From NCBI RefSeq assembly GCF_009914755.1, contig NC_060948.1: a DNA stretch of 64,000 nucleotides; one strand, 5' to 3'. Below the pieces are notes generated by a model. That model saw nothing but the letters and a program-made list of their open reading frames with translations. It did not search any database and was not told where the DNA came from. Origin of the DNA: the human T2T-CHM13v2.0 reference genome, Homo sapiens. Of this stretch, positions 13,601 to 28,800 are shown one piece after another. The number at the start of each line of letters is the position of its first letter. Position 1 is the first letter of the stretch. A program made the position numbers and the translations under genes.

Positions 13601-15253
13601 GGAATGGAATCAGATGGAACAGAAAGGAATGGAATAGAATCGAATGGTATGGCATCGAATGGATTGGAATAGAAAGGAATGCAATGAACTCGAATGGAAT
13701 GTACTCAAATGGAATAGAATAGAATGGAATGGAAGTAAATATAATGGACTCGAATGGAATGGATTGGAATAAATTGGAATTGAATGTATTGGATTCGAAT
13801 GGAAAGGAATGGAATGGAATGGAATGGATTCGAATGGAATGGAATCGAATGGAATGGAACGAATTGGAATGTAATTGAATGGCGTCGAAAACAGTAGAAA
13901 GAAATGAAGTTTAATCGAATGATATCGAATGGAATTGAATGGAATATACGCGAATGGAATGGACTGGAATGGAATGGACTCTATGGGAATGAAGAGGAGT
14001 GGAATGGACTCGAATGTCATGGAGACGATTGGAATGGAAAGGAATGCAAAGGAATGGAATGGAATGGAATCTGATGCTTCGCAATGAAATGGAATGGGGT
14101 CGAATGGAATAGAATCGAAAGGAATGGCATCCAATGGAATGGAAACGAATTGAATGGAATGGCATGGAATGGAATGGAAAGGAATATAATGGAAAGGAAT
14201 CGGATGGAACGGAATGGAATGTAATGGAGTCGAATGGAATAGAATCTAATAGAATTGCATTGATAGGAATGGAATCGAACGGACTCGAAAGGATTGGAGC
14301 CTAACAGAAGAGAATCGAACAGAATAGCATCAAATGGAATGGAAATGAATGGAATGGAATGGAATGGAATGGAATGGAATGGAATGGAATGGAATGGAAT
14401 GGACACACATGTAATGGACTTGAATGGAATGGAATCAAATAGAATGGACGCGAATGGAATGGTCTCGAATGGAATTTATGAAAATAGAATGGAATCGAAA
14501 TTCATTGAACATTATGGAATGGAATCAAATGGAATGAAATCGAATGGAAGGAACCGGAATGGAATGTACTGGAATAGAACGGACTCGAATGTTACGGAAA
14601 GAAAAGTAAGTGATTCGGATGTCTTTTAATTGAATGGAATGAAATCAAATGGAATGGAAAGGAATAAAATGGAATGGAATGAAATAGAATGCAATAGAAT
14701 GGAAGGGAGTGGAGTCGAGTTGAATGGAATCGAATTGAATGGAATAGAATGGAATAGAATCAAATGGAATGGATTCGAATGCAATGGAACCGAATGGAAT
14801 GGACTGGAACATAATGGAATCGAAAGGAATGGAAAGGAATTGAATGCAATGGAAAGCAATGGAATCGAATGTAATGGAGTCGTATGTAGTGGAGTCGAAT
14901 GGAATGGAATCAAATGGAAGGAAAAGAATACAATCGAATGGAATAGAATAGAATACAACAGAATGAAACGGAGTGGAATCGAGTGGGATGGAATAGAATT
15001 CAATGGAATGGAAAGGAATGGAATCGAATGGAATGGAATCGAATGGAATGGAATGGAACAAAATGGAATTGAACAGATTAGAATCGAATGGATCCGAATC
15101 GAATGGAATGGAATATAAGGGAATGGAATGGAATGGAATGGACCCAAATGTAATGAACTCTAATGAAATGGACTTTAATAGAATGGATTAGAAAACAATG
15201 GGCTCGAATGGAATTTAATCAAGTCGAATTTAATGGAATGGAATGGAATGCAA
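7668..15253 (+). repeat. Long HOR unit L1 (7,586 bp)
   Basis: S-like arms plus a long-only internal segment ~9171-12909 (markers GAGAGGCATGTACAC, GGCCTCGAGCGG, ACTGCAGTG, GATTCCACCAGA). Confidence 0.92.
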
Positions 15254-18200
15254 AACTATGGAATAGCATCAAATGGAATGGAACAGAATAGAGTGGAATG
15301 GAATGGAATACACAGGAATAGAACAGACTCGAATGTAATGGATTGCAATGTAAGTGATTCAAAGGGAATGGAATCAAATGGAATAAAATCAAATGGAATG
15401 GAATGGAGTGCATTGGAATGGAATAAAATGGAATGCAAACAATGGTACAGAACTCATTTGAATGTAGAGGAATGGAATCGAATGCAATGGAAAAGAATGG
15501 AATGGACACGAATGGAATGGATTGGAAACAAATGGAATGGAAAGGATTTTAATCATACAGAACAAAATAGAATGCAATGGACTCGAATGAAATGGAGTCG
15601 AAGAGAATAGTATCAAATGGAAAGGAATGGAATGCAATCGAATCGAATGGAATGTTAATGAAATTAATTGAAAGGAATAGAATGGAATGAAGTGTAACGG
15701 AAAGATATCGAATTGAATGGAATTGAATGGAATGGACACAAACGGAATGGACTGGAATGGAATGAACTCGAAAGGAATGGAATGGAGCGGAACGGACTCG
15801 AGTGCAATGGAATCGAATGGTATAGAATAGAATGGAATGGAATGGAAAGGAATAGAAGGGAATGGAATCGGATCCAACGGGACAGATTGGAATGGGGTAG
15901 AATTGAATAGAATCGAATGGAATGGCATCGTATGTAATTGAATGGAATGGACTCGAATGGAATGGAGTGACATGTAATGGAATCGAAAGGAATGGAATCG
16001 AATGAAATGGAATTGAATGGAATAGAAAGGAATAGAATGGAATGGAGTTTAATGGAAAGATATTAAAAGTAATGGAATGGAATTGAGTGGACACGACTGG
16101 AATGGACTGGAATGGAAAGGACTCGAATGAAATGGAACGCATTAGAATGGACTCGAATGGAATGGATTGGAGTGGAATGGTCTCGAATGGATTGGAAACG
16201 AATGGAATGGAAAGGAGTAGAATGGAATGTAATCAAATGGAACGAAATGGAATGGAATGGATTCGACTGGAACAGAATTGAATGGAGTGGAATTGATTGG
16301 AATGGAATGCAAACGAATGGAATGAACACGAATGAATAGAATGAAATGAAATGGCATAGAATGGAATGGAATGGAATGGAATGGAATGGAATGGAATGGA
16401 ATGGAATGGAATGGAATGGCATGGCATGGAATGTGATGGAATGGAATGAAATTGATTGTAATGGGATGGGCCCAAAAATAAAGGACTCAAATAAAAGGGA
16501 CTCAAATAGAATGAATTGGAAAGAAACGGTCTCGAATGTAATTCATTCGAATGGAATGATATTGAATGGAATGCAATAGTATGGAAAGGTATCGAAAAGA
16601 ATGGAATAGAATGGAATGGAATGGAACGGAATGGAGTGCATTTGAACGGACTCAAATGCAATAAATTGCAATATAATTGATTCAAATGGAATGGAATCGA
16701 ATAGAATGTAAACAAACGGAATGGAAGGCAATGCAATGGAAAGGAATCGAATGAAATGGAATAAATGGAATGGAATCGAAGGGAAAGGACACGAATATAA
16801 TGGACTGTTAAGGAAAGGTCTCGAATCGAATTTATTCCAATAGAATGGAATCGAATGGAATGCAATACTATTGAATCGAATCGAATGGAATGGAATTGAA
16901 TGGAATAGACAGGAATGGAATGAACTGGAAGTGAATGGACAAGAACGTAATATATTGCAATGTAATGTATTCAAATGGAATGGAATGCAATCGAATGGAA
17001 TGGACTCGATTGGAATGGACTGGAGTGGAATTTACTCAAATGGAATGGAAACGAATGTAATGGAATGGAACTGAAAGCAAAGGAATCTACTGGAATAGAA
17101 TCGAACGGAACAGAAAGGAATGAAATGGAATGGAGTGGAATGGACTCGAAAGGAATGTATTCGAATGTAATGGACCTGAAAGGAATGGAATCCAATGGAA
17201 TGGAATTGAATGGAATCAAGAAGAATAGAATGGAATAGAGTGTAATTAAATGATATCGAATGGAACGGAATGGAATGAAATCGAATGGAATGCACTGGAA
17301 TGGAATGGACTCGATCAGAACGGACTGGAGAGGCATGTACACAAATGAAATGGAAACGAATGGAATGGAATGAAATGGAATGGAAATGGAATTGAAAGGA
17401 ACGGAATGGAATGGAATGGAATGGAATGAAATGGAATGGAATGGATTGGAATAGAATGGAATGGATTGGAATAGAATGGATTCAAATAAAATAGAATCGA
17501 TTGGAATGGTATTGAATGGAAGGGACTTGAATGGAATGGAAAGCAATGGAAGATATTGGAATCGAATGGCATCCAATGAAATGGAATGGAACAGAATGGA
17601 ACGGACCCGAATGGAATGGAATGGACTCAAATGTAATGGACTCGAAAGTAATCGACTGAAATATAATAGACTCGAAAAGAATGGCCTCGAGCGGAATTTA
17701 TTTGAATAGAATGGAATCAAATGGAATACAGTAGTATTTAATGGAACAGAATGGAATGGAATCGAATGGAATGTAATCAAATGGAATGGAACGGAATTCA
17801 ATATAGTGGAATAGAATGGAATGCATTGGAAAGGAGCAGAGTGGAATCAGTGGAATGGAATCGAGTGGAATGGAATCAAAGGGAACGAAATCGAATTGAA
17901 TGGACTTGAATGGAATTGACTCGAAAGGAATTGACTCGAAAGGAATGGACTGGAACAAAAAGGAATCAAATGGACAGGAATGGAATGGAATGGAATGGAC
18001 TCGAATGGAATGGAGTCAAATGCAAACGCATCGAATGGAATGGATTCAAATGGAATGCAATTGAATGGAATAGAAAGGAAGAGAATGGAATTGAGAGTAA
18101 TGGAAAGATAAGGATTGGAATGAAGTGGAATGGAAAGGAATTGAATGGAAAGGAATGGACTCGGAAGAAATGGATTGGAATGGAATGGTCTCCAATGGAA

Positions 18201-21200
18201 TGGACTGGAGTGGAACGGAATCGAATGGAATGAAAAGAATGGAACGGAATGGAACGGAAAGGAATAGAATGTTATGGAATCCGATTGGACAGAATGGAAT
18301 GGAATGGAGTTTCATGAAATGGAGTCGAATAGAGTGGCATCAAAAGGAATGTAATGGAACGGAGTGGACTCCAAAGGAATGGACTCGAAAGGAATGGAGA
18401 CGAACCAAATTGAATCCAATGGATTGGAGTCGAACAGAATGGAATGGAATGGAATGAACTCGACTGGAGTAGAGAGGAATGTAAAGGAATAGAATGGAAT
18501 GTAATCAAATGGATTGCAACTGAATGGAATCAAAAATAATAGAAAGGAATGGAGTGTAAAGGGATGATATTGAATATAATGGAATGGAATGGAATTCAAT
18601 GGAATGGAGTCGAAGGAATGGACAGGAATGTAATGGACTCCAATGGAATGGAATGGATGAAAATGGATTTGAACAGATTGGAATCGAACGGAATGGAATG
18701 CAATGGAATGGAATGGACTCGAATGGAGAAGAGACAAAGGGAATGGAAACGAATTCAATGGAATTGAAAAGAATGGAATGGAATGGCGTGTAATGGTAAG
18801 ATACTAAATGGAATGGAATTGAATGGAATGTAGTGGAATGGACCCAAATGTAATGCCTTCGAATGGAATATACTCAAATGGAATGGAATCGAAAGGAAAG
18901 GTCTCAAATGGAATTTATTCAATACAATGGAATCGAATGGAATGCAATAGAATGGAATGGAATCGAATGTAATGGAATCAAATAGAATGGACCAGAATGG
19001 AATGGACTGCCATAGAACGGACTGCAGTGTAATGGATTGAATTCTAATTCATTCAAATGGAATGGAATGGAGTGGAATGGAATCGAATGGAATGGATAGG
19101 ATTGTACTGGATTGGAATAGAATGGAATGCAACGGAGTGGAATGGAGTTGAATGAAGTGGAATGGAATCGATTGGAATGGAATCAAATGGAATGGACGGG
19201 AATGGAATGGACTAGAAGAGCACAGACTCGAATATAATGGATTGCAATGTAATTGATTCAAATGGAATGGAATCGAATGGAATGTAATAAAATTGAAGGG
19301 ATTGGAGTTCAATGCAATGGAAAAGAATGGAATGCAAAGGAATGGAAAGGAACGGAGTGAAATGGAGTGTAATGGAATCGAATGGAATGAAATCGAATGG
19401 AATGGACTCAAAAGAAATGGACGAGGGACAAAACGGAATCGAACTGATTGGAATGGAACGGAACGGAAAGGAATGGAATGTTCTCCATTGGATGGGAGTA
19501 GAACGGATTGGAATGGAATGGAATGAAATGGAATGGAAAGGAATAGAATGGAATGGAATGGAATGGAAGGTAATGGAAAGATATCGAACGGATTGGAAAG
19601 GAATGCAATGGACCCTAATGGAATGGAATGGAATTCAACAGAAACGAATGGAATGGACTGGAGTGAAATGGAGTCGAATGTAATTGACTGGAGTGGAATG
19701 GACTCGAAAGGAATGGACTCGAATAGAATGGACTGGAATGGAATGTACTCGAATGGAGTGGAAAGGAATAAAATGGATTCCACCAGATTGGAATGGAACA
19801 GACTGAAATGGAATGGAATGGAATGCAATGGAACGGCTCGACTGGAATGGAGTCGAATGCAATGGAATAGAAAGGAAAGGAATTGAATGGAATTGAAAGT
19901 AATAGAATTAAATGGAGTGCAAAGAAAAGATATCGAATGGAATGGATCGAAAAGAAATAGAATGGAATGGACAGGAATGGAATGGAATAGAATGGAATAG
20001 ACTGGCGTGCAATGAAAACGAATGGAATGGAATGGAAAGGAATGGAGTACAATAAATACTATCGAATGGAATGGAATGGAATGGAATGGAATGGAATGGA
20101 ATGGAATGGAATGGAATGGAGGCGAAAGGAAAAGAATGGATTGGAATGTCACCGAATGGAAAGATATGGAATGGAAAGGAATGGATACGAATGGAATGGA
20201 ATATAAAGGAACGGAAAGGTTAAGAATGGAATGGAATTGGATAGAATGGAATGCAATGTAATGGAGTCGAATGGAAAATAATCGAGTAGAATGATATCGA
20301 ATGGAATGGAATTTAATGGAATGGAATGGAATGGAACAGACTCGAATGGAATGAACTCAAATGGATTAGAATAGAATGGAATGGAACTAAACGTAATGAA
20401 CTCGAATGGAATGGACACAAATAGAATGGAAGGGAAAGGAATGGTATTGAATGCAATTTATTCGAATAGAATGGAATTCAATGGAATGCAACATTGTGGC
20501 ATGGAATCAAATGGAATGGAATCGAATGGAATGGACCCGAGTGGAATGGACTCACATAGAACAGCCTTGAATGTAATGGATGACAATGTATTAGATTCGA
20601 AAGGACTGAAATCGAATGGAATGTAATCAAATAGAACGGAATTGAATGCATGCAATGGCATAGAAAGTAATGCAATGGAATGGAACAGACTGGAATGGAA
20701 TGGAATCGGATGGAATGTAATGAAATGTAATGGAAGGATTGCCATGGAATGGAATGGAATGGAATGCAATGGGCCGTTGTATAATGGAGTGCAATGGAAT
20801 TCAGTGGAATGTAGTCAATAGGAATGAAATAGAATGGAATTCAATATAAGGGAATGGCATCCAATGGCAAGGAATGGAGTGGACTCCAATGGAAACAACA
20901 TGAAAGGAATATAATATAATGGAATGGCATTGAACGAAATGGAAAGCAATGGAGTTAAAAGGTAAGATATCGAATGGAAAAGAATTGAATGGACTCGAAT
21001 GGAATATAACGGAATGGAATGGACTCGAATGGAATGTACTAGAGTTGAATGGAATGGAATGGAATGGAAAACAATGGAAAGGAAAGGAAGGGAATTGAAA
21101 GGAAAGGAATAGAATGGAATGGAATCGGATAGAACGGAATTGAATGGAATGGAAACTAAAGGAATAGAATAGAAAGGAATGGCATTGAATGGAATGGAAT

Positions 21201-22883
21201 GGAATGGAATCAGATGGAACAGAAAGGAATGGAATAGAATCGAATGGTATGGCATCGAATGGATTGGAATGGAAAGGAATGGAATGGACTCGAATGGAAT
21301 GTACTCAAATGGAATAGAATAGAATGGAACGGAAGTAAATATAATGGACTCGAATGGAATGGATTGGAATAAATTGGAATTGAATGTATTGGATTCGAAT
21401 GGAAAGGAATGGAATGGAATGGAATGGATTCGAATGGAATGGAATCGAATGGAATGGAACGAATTGGAATGTAATTGAATGGCGTCGAAAACAGTAGAAA
21501 GAAATGAAGTTTAATCGAATGATATCGAATGGAATTGAATGGAATGTACGCGAATGGAATGGACTGGAATGGAATGGACTCTATGGGAATGAAGAGGAGT
21601 GGAATGGACTCGAATGTCATGGAGACGATTGGAATGGAAAGGAATGCAAAGGAATGGAATGGAATGGAATCTGATGCATCGCAATGGAATGGAATGGGGT
21701 CGAATGGAATAGAATCGAAAGGAATGGCATCCAATGGAATGGAAACGAATTGAATGGAATGGCATGGAATGGAATGGAAAGGAATATAATGGAAAGGAAT
21801 CGGATGGAACGGAATGGAATGTAATGGAGTCGAATGGAATAGAATCTAATAGAATTGCATTGATAGGAATGGAATCGAACGGACTCGAAAGGATTGGAGC
21901 CTAACAGAAGAGAATCGAACAGAATAGCATCAAATGGAATGGAAATGAATGGAATGGAATGGAATGGAATGGAATGGAATGGAATGGAATGGAATGGAAT
22001 GGACACACATGTAATGGACTTGAATGGAATGGAATCAAATAGAATGGACGCGAATGGAATGGTCTCGAATGGAATTTATGAAAATAGAATGGAATCGAAA
22101 TTCATTGAACATTATGGAATGGAATCAAATGGAATGAAATCGAATGGAAGGAACCGGAATGGAATGTACTGGAATAGAACGGACTCGAATGTTACGGAAA
22201 GAAAAGTAAGTGATTCGGATGTCTTTTAATTGAATGGAATGAAATCAAATGGAATGGAAAGGAATAAAATGGAATGGAATGAAATAGAATGCAATAGAAT
22301 GGAAGGGAGTGGAGTCGAGTTGAATGGAATCGAATTGAATGGAATAGAATGGAATAGAATCAAATGGAATGGATTCGAATGCAATGGAACCGAATGGAAT
22401 GGACTGGAACATAATGGAATCGAAAGGAATGGAAAGGAATTGAATGCAATGGAAAGCAATGGAATCGAATGTAATGGAGTCGTATGTAGTGGAGTCGAAT
22501 GGAATGGAATCAAATGGAAGGAAAAGAATACAATCGAATGGAATAGAATAGAATGCAACAGAATGAAACGGAGTGGAATCGAGTGGGATGGAATAGAATT
22601 GAATGGAATGGAAAGGAATGGAATCGAATGGAATGGAATCGAATGGAATGGAACCGAATGGAATGGAATGGAACAAAATGGAATTGAACAGATTAGAATC
22701 GAATGGATCCGAATCGAATGGAATGGAATATAATGGAATGGAATGGAATGGAATGGAATGGAATGGAATCGACCCAAATGTAATGAACTCTAATGAAATG
22801 GACTTTAATAGAATGGATTAGAAAACAATGGGCTCGAATGGAATTTAATCAAGTCGAATTTAATGGAATGGAATGGAATGCAA
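15254..22883 (+). repeat. Long HOR unit L2 (7,630 bp)
   Basis: Same marker order as L1; long-only segment ~16761-20509. Confidence 0.92.
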
Positions 22884-25800
22884 AACTATGGAATAGCATC
22901 AAATGGAATGGAACAGAATAGAGTGGAATGGAATGGAATACACAGGAATAGAACAGACTCGAATGTAATGGATTGCAATGTAAGTGATTCAAAGGGAATG
23001 GAATCAAATGGAATAAAATCAAATGGAATGGAATGGAGTGCATTGGTATGGAATAAAATGGAATGCAAACAATGGTACAGAACTCATTTGAATGTAGAGG
23101 AATGGAATCGAATGCAATGGAAAAGAATGGAATGGACACGAATGGAATGGATTGGAAACAAATGGAATGGAAAGGATTTTAATCATACAGAACAAAATAG
23201 AATGCAATGGACTCGAATGAAATGGAGTCGAAGAGAATAGTATCAAATGGAAAGGAATGGAATGCAATCGAATCGAATGGAATGTTAATGAAATTAATTG
23301 AAAGGAATAGAATGGAATGAAGTGTAACGGAAAGATATCGAATTGAATGGAATTGAATGGAATGGACACAAACGGAATGGACTGGAATGGAATGAACTCG
23401 AAAGGAATGGAATGGAGCGGAACGGACTCGAGTGCAATGGAATCGAATGGTATAGAATAGAATGGAATGGAATGGAAAGGAATAGAAGGGAATGGAATCG
23501 GATCCAACGGGACAGATTGGAATGGGGTAGAATTGAATAGAATCGAATGGAATGGCATCGTATGTAATTGAATGGAATGGACTCGAATGGAATGGAGTGA
23601 CATGTAATGGAATCGAAAGGAATGGAATCGAATGAAATGGAATTGAATGGAATAGAAAGGAATAGAATGGAATGGAGTTTAATGGAAAGATATTAAAAGT
23701 AATGGAATGGAATTGAGTGGACACGACTGGAATGGACTGGAATGGAAAGGACTCGAATGAAATGGAACGCATTAGAATGGACTCGAATGGAATGGATTGG
23801 AGTGGAATGGTCTCGAATGGATTGGAAACGAATGGAATGGAAAGGAGTAGAATGGAATGTAATCAAATGGAACGAAATGGAATGGAATGGATTCGACTGG
23901 AACAGAATTGAATGGAGTGGAATTGATTGGAATGGAATGCAAACGAATGGAATGAACACGAATGAATAGAATGAAATGAAATGGCATAGAATGGAATGGA
24001 ATGGAATGGAATGGAATGGAATGGAATGGAATGGAATGGAATGGCATGGCATGGAATGTGATGGAATGGAATGAAATTGATTGTAATGGGATGGGCCCAA
24101 AAATAAAGGACTCAAATAAAAGGGACTCAAATAGAATGAATTGGAAAGAAACGGTCTCGAATGTAATTCATTCGAATGGAATGATATTGAATGGAATGCA
24201 ATAGTATGGAAAGGTATCGAAAAGAATGGAATAGAATGGAATGGAATGGAACGGAATGGAGTGCATTTGAACGGACTCAAATGCAATAAATTGCAATATA
24301 ATTGATTCAAATGGAATGGAATCGAATAGAATGTAAACAAACGGAATGGAAGGCAATGCAATGGAAAGGAATCGAATGAAATGGAATAAATGGAATGGAA
24401 TCGAAGGGAAAGGACACGAATATAATGGACTGTTAAGGAAAGGTCTCGAATCGAATTTATTCCAATAGAATGGAATCGAATGGAATGCAATACTATTGAA
24501 TCGAATCGAATGGAATGGAATTGAATGGAATAGACAGGAATGGAATGAACTGGAAGTGAATGGACAAGAACGTAATATATTGCAATGTAATGTATTCAAA
24601 TGGAATGGAATGCAATCGAATGGAATGGACTCGATTGGAATGGACTGGAGTGGAATTTACTCAAATGGAATGGAAACGAATGTAATGGAATGGAACTGAA
24701 AGCAAAGGAATCTACTGGAATAGAATCGAACGGAACAGAAAGGAATGAAATGGAATGGAGTGGAATGGACTCGAAAGGAATGTATTCGAATGTAATGGAC
24801 CTGAAAGGAATGGAATCCAATGGAATGGAATTGAATGGAATCAAGAAGAATAGAATGGAATAGAGTGTAATTAAATGATATCGAATGGAACGGAATGGAA
24901 TGAAATCGAATGGAATGCACTGGAATGGAATGGACTCGATCAGAACGGACTGGAGAGGCATGTACACAAATGAAATGGAAACGAATGGAATGGAATGAAA
25001 TGGAATGGAAATGGAATTGAAAGGAACGGAATGGAATGGAATGGAATGGAATGAAATGGAATGGAATGGATTGGAATAGAATGGAATGGATTGGAATAGA
25101 ATGGATTCAAATAAAATAGAATCGATTGGAATGGTATTGAATGGAAGGGACTTGAATGGAATGGAAAGCAATGGAAGATATTGGAATCGAATGGCATCCA
25201 ATGAAATGGAATGGAACAGAATGGAACGGACCCGAATGGAATGGAATGGACTCAAATGTAATGGACTCGAAAGTAATCGACTGAAATATAATAGACTCGA
25301 AAAGAATGGCCTCGAGCGGAATTTATTTGAATAGAATGGAATCAAATGGAATACAGTAGTATTTAATGGAACAGAATGGAATGGAATCGAATGGAATGTA
25401 ATCAAATGGAATGGAACGGAATTCAATATAGTGGAATAGAATGGAATGCATTGGAAAGGAGCAGAGTGGAATCAGTGGAATGGAATCGAGTGGAATGGAA
25501 TCAAAGGGAACGAAATCGAATTGAATGGACTTGAATGGAATTGACTCGAAAGGAATTGACTCGAAAGGAATGGACTGGAACAAAAAGGAATCAAATGGAC
25601 AGGAATGGAATGGAATGGAATGGACTCGAATGGAATGGAGTCAAATGCAAACGCATCGAATGGAATGGATTCAAATGGAATGCAATTGAATGGAATAGAA
25701 AGGAAGAGAATGGAATTGAGAGTAATGGAAAGATAAGGATTGGAATGAAGTGGAATGGAAAGGAATTGAATGGAAAGGAATGGACTCGGAAGAAATGGAT

Positions 25801-28800
25801 TGGAATGGAATGGTCTCCAATGGAATGGACTGGAGTGGAACGGAATCGAATGGAATGAAAAGAATGGAACGGAATGGAACGGAAAGGAATAGAATGTTAT
25901 GGAATCCGATTGGACAGAATGGAATGGAATGGAGTTTCATGAAATGGAGTCGAATAGAGTGGCATCAAAAGGAATGTAATGGAACGGAGTGGACTCCAAA
26001 GGAATGGACTCGAAAGGAATGGAGACGAACCAAATTGAATCCAATGGATTGGAGTCGAACAGAATGGAATGGAATGGAATGAACTCGACTGGAGTAGAGA
26101 GGAATGTAAAGGAATAGAATGGAATGTAATCAAATGGATTGCAACTGAATGGAATCAAAAATAATAGAAAGGAATGGAGTGTAAAGGGATGATATTGAAT
26201 ATAATGGAATGGAATGGAATTCAATGGAATGGAGTCGAAGGAATGGACAGGAATGTAATGGACTCCAATGGAATGGAATGGATGAAAATGGATTTGAACA
26301 GATTGGAATCGAACGGAATGGAATGCAATGGAATGGAATGGACTCGAATGGAGAAGAGACAAAGGGAATGGAAACGAATTCAATGGAATTGAAAAGAATG
26401 GAATGGAATGGCGTGTAATGGTAAGATACTAAATGGAATGGAATTGAATGGAATGTAGTGGAATGGACCCAAATGTAATGCCTTCGAATGGAATATACTC
26501 AAATGGAATGGAATCGAAAGGAAAGGTCTCAAATGGAATTTATTCAATACAATGGAATCGAATGGAATGCAATAGAATGGAATGGAATCGAATGTAATGG
26601 AATCAAATAGAATGGACCAGAATGGAATGGACTGCCATAGAACGGACTGCAGTGTAATGGATTGAATTCTAATTCATTCAAATGGAATGGAATGGAGTGG
26701 AATGGAATCGAATGGAATGGATAGGATTGTACTGGATTGGAATAGAATGGAATGCAACGGAGTGGAATGGAGTTGAATGAAGTGGAATGGAATCGATTGG
26801 AATGGAATCAAATGGAATGGACGGGAATGGAATGGACTAGAAGAGCACAGACTCGAATATAATGGATTGCAATGTAATTGATTCAAATGGAATGGAATCG
26901 AATGGAATGTAATAAAATTGAAGGGATTGGAGTTCAATGCAATGGAAAAGAATGGAATGCAAAGGAATGGAAAGGAACGGAGTGAAATGGAGTGTAATGG
27001 AATCGAATGGAATGAAATCGAATGGAATGGACTCAAAAGAAATGGACGAGGGACAAAACGGAATCGAACTGATTGGAATGGAACGGAACGGAAAGGAATG
27101 GAATGTTCTCCATTGGATGGGAGTAGAACGGATTGGAATGGAATGGAATGAAATGGAATGGAAAGGAATAGAATGGAATGGAATGGAATGGAAGGTAATG
27201 GAAAGATATCGAACGGATTGGAAAGGAATGCAATGGACCCTAATGGAATGGAATGGAATTCAACAGAAACGAATGGAATGGACTGGAGTGAAATGGAGTC
27301 GAATGTAATTGACTGGAGTGGAATGGACTCGAAAGGAATGGACTCGAATAGAATGGACTGGAATGGAATGTACTCGAATGGAGTGGAAAGGAATAAAATG
27401 GATTCCACCAGATTGGAATGGAACAGACTGAAATGGAATGGAATGGAATGCAATGGAACGGCTCGACTGGAATGGAGTCGAATGCAATGGAATAGAAAGG
27501 AAAGGAATTGAATGGAATTGAAAGTAATAGAATTAAATGGAGTGCAAAGAAAAGATATCGAATGGAATGGATCGAAAAGAAATAGAATGGAATGGACAGG
27601 AATGGAATGGAATAGAATGGAATAGACTGGCGTGCAATGAAAACGAATGGAATGGAATGGAAAGGAATGGAGTACAATAAATACTATCGAATGGAATGGA
27701 ATGGAATGGAATGGAATGGAATGGAATGGAATGGAGGCGAAAGGAAAAGAATGGATTGGAATGTCACCGAATGGAAAGATATGGAATGGAAAGGAATGGA
27801 TACGAATGGAATGGAATATAAAGGAACGGAAAGGTTAAGAATGGAATGGAATTGGATAGAATGGAATGCAATGTAATGGAGTCGAATGGAAAATAATCGA
27901 GTAGAATGATATCGAATGGAATGGAATTTAATGGAATGGAATGGAATGGAACGGACTCGAATGGAATGAACTCAAATGGATTAGAATAGAATGGAATGGA
28001 ACTAAACGTAATGAACTCGAATGGAATGGACACAAATAGAATGGAAGGGAAAGGAATGGTATTGAATGCAATTTATTCGAATAGAATGGAATTCAATGGA
28101 ATGCAACATTGTGGCATGGAATCAAATGGAATGGAATCGAATGGAATGGACCCGAGTGGAATGGACTCACATAGAACAGCCTTGAATGTAATGGATGACA
28201 ATGTATTAGATTCGAAAGGACTGAAATCGAATGGAATGTAATCAAATAGAACGGAATTGAATGCATGCAATGGCATAGAAAGTAATGCAATGGAATGGAA
28301 CAGACTGGAATGGAATGGAATCGGATGGAATGTAATGAAATGTAATGGAAGGATTGCCATGGAATGGAATGGAATGGAATGCAATGGGCCGTTGTATAAT
28401 GGAGTGCAATGGAATTCAGTGGAATGTAGTCAATAGGAATGAAATAGAATGGAATTCAATATAAGGGAATGGCATCCAATGGCAAGGAATGGAGTGGACT
28501 CCAATGGAAACAACATGAAAGGAATATAATATAATGGAATGGCATTGAACGAAATGGAAAGCAATGGAGTTAAAAGGTAAGATATCGAATGGAAAAGAAT
28601 TGAATGGACTCGAATGGAATATAACGGAATGGAATGGACTCGAATGGAATGTACTAGAGTTGAATGGAATGGAATGGAATGGAAAACAATGGAAAGGAAA
28701 GGAAGGGAATTGAAAGGAAAGGAATAGAATGGAATGGAATCGGATAGAACGGAATTGAATGGAATGGAAACTAAAGGAATAGAATAGAAAGGAATGGCAT

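Noticed and set aside
7668-15253. 7.6-kb unit as a simple dimer of the 3.8-kb unit
   Set aside because: Markers in 9171-12909 (CTGCAG, GAGAGGCATGTACAC, GATTCCACCAGA) have no counterpart in S units, and S markers such as GGGCCC occur only once per L.
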